DNA from: Nitrosopumilus sp.
GTDB lineage: Archaea > Thermoproteota > Nitrososphaeria > Nitrososphaerales > Nitrosopumilaceae
DNA length: 64,000 nucleotides
Assembly (NCBI GenBank): GCA_965205215.1
Contig: OZ242041.1
Span: 544,001 to 608,000 of the forward strand
Direction of reading: 5' to 3'
A program made the position numbers and the translations under genes. Below, one piece after another: positions 57,720-64,000 of the stretch (positions are counted from its first letter, which is position 1; each line of letters opens with the position of its first letter). The notes below the pieces were generated by a model. The model saw nothing but the letters and a program-made list of their open reading frames with translations. It searched no databases and was not told the DNA's origin.

Positions 57720-59366
57720 TTGGCACGCGTATGGTGTATGAACGGCAGGCCCGAGATCATGTATGCGGTCATGCGCAAGCCGACTGCCGCCGACTGTGAG
57801 CGGGCCAAGGTCCCGAAGAGGTTGGTGGGCATATTCGAGTCCTTTGAGCCCGGCAGGAGGTTCACCTGCAGGGAGATCTACAGCGAGCACAGGCCCCGCC
57901 TGCCGGAAAACGACTCCACTGCCATCTCGGTGGTGAGCCGCGGGCTTGCCGCGGTCGCAAAGACCGGCGCCCTTGACAGGGTGGAGGACGGGCACATACC
58001 CGACGAGTTTCTGGGCCTGAGGACCGTCTCGTTCTGGCTGGGACAGCTCCGCGGCAGCGCGAGGACCAACGTCGGCGGCTCCGGCAACACCACGCGCTCG
58101 TCATACGCGAGGCACCTGTGGCGCTTCAACAGGTGGCTTACAAGCGGCACGCACGAGATCCACGTGGCAAGGTACAGGGCCGGCAGGAGGAGGTGCTCCG
58201 GGGGGTGCACGGTGGCAGGCGGCTCCACCGCGCGCGTGAGCCAGGCCGCCTTTGGGAGCGTCGAGGACCTGATAGAGCTGCTGGCAAGGCCGCTGGCAGT
58301 ACGCTCGGACGTTGCCGTCATAGTAAAGCGGTACCTGATGGATCCGGCGCACCGGGGAAAGAGGGCGTCGACAATGACCTCTACCAGAAACGCCATCCTG
58401 TCATACTTCAAGCGCAACGAGCAGCGTCTCGAGGTCGCATTTGATCCCGCCGCCACATACGACACCACGGAGACGGTCCAGACGCTCACGCTCGGGGACG
58501 TGCGCGAGATGCTGACCGCAGCGGGCCCCACCATAGTGGAAAAGGCCGTAATGCTCTGCAAGCTGCACAGGGGGCTTGACGTCTCCACGCTGATAGACCG
58601 GTTCAACTTTGAGGCCTGGGGGCAGATGGCGCGCCACTTTGGATCGGAGGATCATCATATGTGGGACCTAGGCAGGTGCCCCGTGCCCATCACGCTGACG
58701 CGCCTGAAGACGGGGTACACGCACCTGGGATTCCTGGAGCGGGACGCGGTGGCCGCCGTGCAGGAATACCTGGACTGGCGCCGCTCAAGGACGGGGCGCG
58801 ACATGAGCGGGGACCTCCCACTGTTCCTGTCGAACGCGCTAAAGCCCATCGGGAGCGGGTGGGTGACAAACGCGTTCTCGAGGCTGGCCTGGGGCTCCGG
58901 CGTGCAGCAGAAGACCGGCAAGAACTCGTGGCGCGTGGACTCGCACGAGATGCGCTCCCTCCTAAAGTCCACGCTCATAGAGTGCGGCTGCCGGATGGAC
59001 GTGGCAGACCACGTGATTGGGCACAAGCCAAAGGACACGTATGAAAAGCAGTTCATCCTTTACGGGGAGACCGTGAGGGCCGAGTACGCAAAGGCGGCCC
59101 ACCTGCTCAACATATTCAGCGGGCCACGGGGAGAGGGCGGAGGAGGCGCCGGCGGTTTGGGCAAAGACGACCAGGCCGATATGCGCGCAGTCCGCGACAG
59201 GCTGCAGCAGATGATGCGTGCGGGGGGCTCCCCGGATCCCGACGCGCTGATCGGCGAGGTCGCAAGGATCATCTGCATGAGCAACAGGCACGCAAGGGAG
59301 ATCCGGGACGCGATCGGGGCCCTGTGCGTCGGCATAAAAGATGGTGCATACGCGCGCGGCACATGA
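57720..59366 (+). CDS. Tyrosine recombinase with extra N-terminal wHTH-like region
   Basis: TRSSYARHL core-binding region, HRGLDVSTL box I variant, RLKT, SHEMRSLL (HxxR), DHVIGH and Tyr in DTYE. Start uncertain (57720-57771). Confidence 0.8.
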   Translation: MARVWCMNGRPEIMYAVMRKPTAADCERAKVPKRLVGIFESFEPGRRFTCREIYSEHRPRLPENDSTAISVVSRGLAAVAKTGALDRVEDGHIPDEFLGLRTVSFWLGQLRGSARTNVGGSGNTTRSSYARHLWRFNRWLTSGTHEIHVARYRAGRRRCSGGCTVAGGSTARVSQAAFGSVEDLIELLARPLAVRSDVAVIVKRYLMDPAHRGKRASTMTSTRNAILSYFKRNEQRLEVAFDPAATYDTTETVQTLTLGDVREMLTAAGPTIVEKAVMLCKLHRGLDVSTLIDRFNFEAWGQMARHFGSEDHHMWDLGRCPVPITLTRLKTGYTHLGFLERDAVAAVQEYLDWRRSRTGRDMSGDLPLFLSNALKPIGSGWVTNAFSRLAWGSGVQQKTGKNSWRVDSHEMRSLLKSTLIECGCRMDVADHVIGHKPKDTYEKQFILYGETVRAEYAKAAHLLNIFSGPRGEGGGGAGGLGKDDQADMRAVRDRLQQMMRAGGSPDPDALIGEVARIICMSNRHAREIRDAIGALCVGIKDGAYARGT

Positions 59367-59686
59367 AAAAGAAAGTACTGGGAAGAATACGGTGCGATCA
59401 TACCTTTCAAGCGTCTCGGCACCGGATCCCGACGGTGCCTGGAGCCAATTCTGTAATCGTGTTCGAGATGTAGCAGCATGGGCCCGTCAAGGAAGGATGG
59501 CTGCAAAACAATGACGTGTAGGATGATCCCAGTCTATTTTGTAAAAGATCTTGTATGGAAATCTACAGATTCCTGTATCGCTCCCTGGGACGAAATTTTT
59601 AATGATCGTCACTCTGGCTTGTAATTCTGATGTGAATTGTTTTAGGACGCTTCAGTAAAGGGGCTGCAGATTGGGAAGCGCAGCGA

Positions 59687-59986
59687 CTATTTTGGAGTGT
59701 TTAATCCGGGCATTTTAGTCATTTTCTCAAGCCTGCCTCTGAGGTATCTCATGCGCTCCTCTTCTGGCATGTATCGGGCGTGCTCGTGCATGTCTGAGAC
59801 ATACTTTGAGAGCATCCTGTCAAAGTTCCTGTCGATTATCTTGGTGGCCTTGTACAGGTTGTCCAGGTGCAGGTTATCCAGGTCGTCCTTTCTGCCAATG
59901 TAATACTGGGACTTGCCTGCCAGCAGGTAGATGTACTCGATCCCCTGCCGCTTCCTTATGTAGATGGTCATTATGCTTTGTATCAT
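59687..59986 (-). CDS. Small basic hypothetical protein divergent from the integrase
   Basis: IRKRQGIEYIYL...YYIG resembles small DNA-binding proteins of archaeal mobile elements. Confidence 0.55.
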   Translation of the reverse strand: MIQSIMTIYIRKRQGIEYIYLLAGKSQYYIGRKDDLDNLHLDNLYKATKIIDRNFDRMLSKYVSDMHEHARYMPEEERMRYLRGRLEKMTKMPGLNTPK

Positions 59987-60038
59987 CCTAAATGGTATAA
60001 CTTAAATAAAGCTATGTATCATCTAAGATTGTACAAAA

Positions 60039-61301
60039 ATGGCATCTGGGAATATGCTCAAAGGTAAAATCGCTGCAGGGCCCTTCATACGCAAGGGTAA
60101 AGTCGCCGAGAGGCTGACCGGTATGGGAAAAGAGCAGCCGCACGCAAGGGACGGCAACGCTGCCAAACAGACAAAACGATCCAGACTGCTTGCAAACCCC
60201 GACATCAAGCGATGGTATGACAACCTGGCACGGGGCAGCCCGCACACCGCAGAGGGCCGCCTCAGGCGTCTGGGACGGTTCTGCGAGATCCACCAGATGA
60301 CGCCGATGCAGATGGCGGATTTGGCAACAAGGGATCTGAGGACTGCAACCGACCTGCTGGAGGACCACATCACCATGATGGAGTCGCAGGGCTACTCGCC
60401 CGGGTATGTGGAGGAACAGGTCAAGACCGTAAAGTCGTGGCTGAGGCACTTTGATGTAGAGATACGGCGCAAGATCAGGGTGGCGTCTGCAAACTACACG
60501 CCCACCCTCCAGAACGAGCGGGTGCCGGACGCCTCGGAGATGTCCGAGATATACGACAGGGCCGGCCTGCGCCAGTCAGTCATCATATCGCTGATGGCAA
60601 AGTCCGGCCTGAGGCCAGAGGTAATCGGGAACCACAACGGGACGGACGGGCTGCAGATCAGGGACCTACCCGATCTGGTGATCCACCAGGGTGTCGTGAA
60701 GTGCATGAGGATGCCAAGCCGCATAACGGTGAGGCGCGAGCTGTCAAAGGCGCGCCACCAGTACCTTACATTCTCTACCGCGTCCGCGGCAAAGCAGATC
60801 GTGTCATACCTGAACGACAGGCTCGCGCACGGCGAGCCGCTCCACGCAAATTCGCCGATTGTGGCGCCCGACTACATCTACAGGACATACAGGGGAAGAA
60901 ACTCCGCAAAGACGTTCCTGCCCACCGCGCAGATAAGTAAGCAGGTCCGCAATACGTTTCGTCCGCGATTCACGTGGAGGCCGTACGTACTGCGGGCGTA
61001 CTTTGACACCCAGCTCCTCATAGCGGAGGCAAAGGGCGTGATGGTGCACGACTTTCGGGTCTTCTTCATGGGCCACAAGGGCTCGATGGAGTCCCGATAT
61101 ACGACAAACAAGGGCATGCTACCAGACGTGCTGCTAGACGCGATGCGGGACGCGTTTGCAAGGTCTGAGGAATACCTAGACCAGAACGGCAAGACCGCCG
61201 ACCCCATGCTGGAGCAGAAGCAGCAGATCCAGACGATGGTGGAGAACGCAACGCCGCAGCAGCTTGGCCGCGTACTAGAGGCACTTGCAACGTGCCGGTA
61301 A
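60039..61301 (+). CDS. Archaeal site-specific integrase (tyrosine recombinase)
   Basis: WYDNLARGS, KSGLRPE, ELSK, RPYVLRAYF, FFMGH and RYT catalytic set. Start may be 60122. Confidence 0.9.
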   Translation: MASGNMLKGKIAAGPFIRKGKVAERLTGMGKEQPHARDGNAAKQTKRSRLLANPDIKRWYDNLARGSPHTAEGRLRRLGRFCEIHQMTPMQMADLATRDLRTATDLLEDHITMMESQGYSPGYVEEQVKTVKSWLRHFDVEIRRKIRVASANYTPTLQNERVPDASEMSEIYDRAGLRQSVIISLMAKSGLRPEVIGNHNGTDGLQIRDLPDLVIHQGVVKCMRMPSRITVRRELSKARHQYLTFSTASAAKQIVSYLNDRLAHGEPLHANSPIVAPDYIYRTYRGRNSAKTFLPTAQISKQVRNTFRPRFTWRPYVLRAYFDTQLLIAEAKGVMVHDFRVFFMGHKGSMESRYTTNKGMLPDVLLDAMRDAFARSEEYLDQNGKTADPMLEQKQQIQTMVENATPQQLGRVLEALATCR

Positions 61302-61685
61302 GACGGGCCGGGAGCAACAGCGGGCAGCTGGCTGCGGATCCCGATGAGGCCGAAGAACTGATAACTCTGGCTGCAGGTTAGTATGATGCCTGTCTATGGC
61401 AAGGTCGTGCTGGAACGAGCGGATAAGGGGAACCCGAATCCACAGTGGAAGCGGGTCTAGAGGGAACAGTCCCTATACGGTACTACTTCTAAGCTCTTAG
61501 TTATAGTACGGTAATACCATTAATTAAGGTTTTGAATCAAGAATTTTTCCAGCTTTACATTCGAGTCATTTTAAGATGCTTTGAAACGTATCTTTAATCG
61601 ACCATATTCACAATCAGTTAAGATTTGAGCTCATCTTTGCTCTAACACGTACTGTCACTCATTGATAATAAAAAATCACTAAGTA

Positions 61686-63071
61686 TTACGCCAAGCTTCT
61701 AGATCTGGATTTATCTGTGCCTATGTTTAGATTTGCAGAATCCCCACATGCGGTGAGTTGTCTATACGTGCATTTTTTTATGCAATTGAATTGTTTTGGA
61801 ATGATCTCGCCACTGGCATAATCATATGTCTGTTGTTTCATGTCTCCAACTCTAGCTATGTTTGTCACCATTTCTACAAACTGAATTGTTTCCATACTCG
61901 CAAGGCCTAAAGAGAATGGAATTATGTTATATCTAGTGTTTTTACCTGATGCTTCTTGTTTCCTGATGTATTCTGGGTCATCAAACATTCCCTGTCTATC
62001 TCTTTCTATTTGTTCTAATCGCAACTCACCTGAGCAGTCTAGACACGCCCGTTCAACTCCTATGGTTTGAGCCCTGTAAACACCGTGTTGCATTTTATCA
62101 TCTGCGAAATCAAAACTAATCCCGCCATTAATTACTGGGATTAGACTAGAGTATGCAATCTGATTTAACACAAGTCGTGGCCATGGTCTGTCTACACAGC
62201 AAAATATAACATCACAGTCGAGTGCTTCTTTCATCCCCGCTTTTTCTACTATGGAGTTGTTTGATGTTGTGCATGCAAAACGTTTGGACGTGGCTACTTT
62301 TATTACGTTTTTTCTTACAGCATCTTTCTTCAACATTCCTACATTTGTTTTGTCAGCACCGATCATTCTGTCAAGATTGTGAATCTCAACACTGTCATAG
62401 TCCATCAAGAAAATTGTTCCTATTCCCATTCTGGCTAGAATCTCGCTTACTGCCGATCCGACGCTGCCAACTCCTATGATGCCAACTTTCATTCGCGCTA
62501 GGTTGTTTTGGGTGTTATTGCCCCACAGACTAACAGTTCTCACCTGCATTGGATTTAAATCAGTTTGTGACGTCACTGGAGGATTAAAGTCAATGGCAAG
62601 GTTCTTGCCCACAATTCTAACGGATTGGCACCACCTAATCTTAAAGGGTTTTGGATATATCCTGCCACTCCATACCTTGTCTCCAGAGAGTGTTATGCCT
62701 ACGAATGGCTGCCCTGTTATCCCAAACACTTCTTTAGCAAGTATGTCTTGCTCCGAATGCAGATCTACTTTTGAGACGTGTTGAATTCCTACTCCAAAAG
62801 GATGCGTATGGATCATGGCAAGTCCAGCACCTTTCATTACCGCAAATTCTTCACATCTTTTTACATATGAGGGCTGTGCAGACACTGTTCCATGCTTTTT
62901 GCGCTCATTTTTTTCTGGATAGATTGCTTCGTTTAACAGAATATTGCATCTTTGGGAGCCCTGAGACGGTTGCCATGTTACAAAACATACCTCTTCTTCT
63001 GTAGCGTCTTTTAGCAAAAAAGCCTGCATATGTCGACTTAGTGTTTCCGTCATAGCTATGCTATAATCCAT
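61686..63071 (-). CDS. JAB/MPN peptidase fused to a ThiF/E1 adenylyltransferase (BubCD-like)
   Basis: N-terminal E...IHTHP...SKVD JAB motif. C-terminal IGVGSVGS, D.D.VEIHNLDR, CCVD and CLDC. Confidence 0.82.
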   Translation of the reverse strand: MDYSIAMTETLSRHMQAFLLKDATEEEVCFVTWQPSQGSQRCNILLNEAIYPEKNERKKHGTVSAQPSYVKRCEEFAVMKGAGLAMIHTHPFGVGIQHVSKVDLHSEQDILAKEVFGITGQPFVGITLSGDKVWSGRIYPKPFKIRWCQSVRIVGKNLAIDFNPPVTSQTDLNPMQVRTVSLWGNNTQNNLARMKVGIIGVGSVGSAVSEILARMGIGTIFLMDYDSVEIHNLDRMIGADKTNVGMLKKDAVRKNVIKVATSKRFACTTSNNSIVEKAGMKEALDCDVIFCCVDRPWPRLVLNQIAYSSLIPVINGGISFDFADDKMQHGVYRAQTIGVERACLDCSGELRLEQIERDRQGMFDDPEYIRKQEASGKNTRYNIIPFSLGLASMETIQFVEMVTNIARVGDMKQQTYDYASGEIIPKQFNCIKKCTYRQLTACGDSANLNIGTDKSRSRSLA

Positions 63072-63072
63072 T

Positions 63073-63435
63073 TCAATCCAGCTCCAGGCATCTGTTTATC
63101 TGATCCATATAGTATCTCGGAGTTCGTTGTTCTGGATCATCCCACCGTATCTCTCTGCTCCAGAACTCCCAATCTGAACCTAGATCACTGGTGTTACGAC
63201 TGGGAATCTCATCTGAGAACCCATGATTGCATCTTACGTGAAACCCATACGGTGGAACATTTGGAAAATCGCTAGGAATCGGCAAGCCTATGCCTATGAC
63301 TCGGCCGGAATACTTTCCATGTGGTATTTTGTATTCATGTATAACAAATATTGTCATATTGCTTATGGATTTTTCAACATAGTTCATACCTAGTTCTTTT
63401 AAAAATTTAGAAAAAATAAGGTTGGAGGTGCTCAT
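63073..63435 (-). CDS. Prokaryotic E2-like protein (family E / BubB-like)
   Basis: YKIPHG.Y...IPSDFPNVPP..F...WEFWSR..W pattern. ATGA overlap with the Ubl gene. Confidence 0.72.
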   Translation of the reverse strand: MSTSNLIFSKFLKELGMNYVEKSISNMTIFVIHEYKIPHGKYSGRVIGIGLPIPSDFPNVPPYGFHVRCNHGFSDEIPSRNTSDLGSDWEFWSREIRWDDPEQRTPRYYMDQINRCLELD

Positions 63436-63665
63436 GCGTTGTTTACAGCTCCTGTGTACCTTACGGTGAAGCAGTCTCCATCCTTCAGATCGATGATCTC
63501 TTTTGGATCGTCGTATGTTTTCTCCAAGGAATTTGTCTTGCAATCTCTTTTTTGCACCTCGTAATCATCGATTTTGCGCTTGGCAAGTCTGATGATATCT
63601 TCAACAGAGATCTTGTCGTCTTCGATCTTGAACTCTTCCTTGTCGATCGTTATGTCTTTAGTCAT
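63432..63665 (-). CDS. Ubiquitin-like (multiubiquitin-type beta-grasp) protein, BubA-like
   Basis: 77 aa with ITID.EEF...ISVEDI..LA...Y.V...IDLKDGDCF. First gene of the E2/E1 operon. Confidence 0.72.
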   Translation of the reverse strand: MTKDITIDKEEFKIEDDKISVEDIIRLAKRKIDDYEVQKRDCKTNSLEKTYDDPKEIIDLKDGDCFTVRYTGAVNNA

Positions 63666-64000
63666 GTCGGGACTATTCGTTCTATGATTATAAAGTCATT
63701 TTTCTCTAATAGTGGAAAACGCATCTAGAGTATTTTTTAGATCGTGCCTGATTTTTTGGTAAATATAGTATAATCAGGCACGTTCGGACGCAGCGCATGA
63801 ACAAATGTCATCTAGATCAAGTACGAACAAGTACATACTTTTCTCCAAACTGAGAAAAATACCTTAAAACCCAGATCGCCATGATTATTAGTATGGGTGC
63901 TTGCGTCGTTTTGATGGATACGAAGCCGGGATGGTCAGACACATATACTCGACTTCTCTCTAAGTATGGCGGTAGTTTGCTGGCGATAGGGCTTGGCAGC

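Overview
GC-rich archaeal DNA. The gene set is typical of ammonia-oxidising Nitrososphaerota (Nitrosopumilaceae): SlaA-type S-layer, npdG, thrC with a MoaD-ThiF fusion, Rieske/cytochrome b and cyoE. A host-associated lineage is possible. Layout from left to right: (1) the end of a low-GC restriction-modification island at tRNA-Arg(TCG); (2) core genes; (3) a ~17 kb defence island (MNT-HEPN, HsdR-N nuclease, PIN, PKD-containing SF2 helicase, DISARM-like drmA/drmB, ATPase plus TOPRIM); (4) two exonucleases and a secreted metallopeptidase; (5) two ~7.4 kb S-layer genes in inverted, convergent orientation enclosing ~16 kb of mostly core genes and a solo tnpB; (6) two tyrosine recombinases; (7) a low-GC Ubl / E2 / JAB-E1 (Bub-like) operon. 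The main candidate novel system is an archaeal S-layer switching locus. Copy A (26334, +) has a TATA promoter and a complete start. Copy B (57553, -) has a decayed promoter and start. The copies share a perfect 92-bp 5' inverted repeat but carry different Ig-like central cassettes, and a tyrosine recombinase gene starts ~150 bp from copy B. A ~31 kb inversion would swap which S-layer is expressed. All product calls come from reading motifs by eye; no searches were run.
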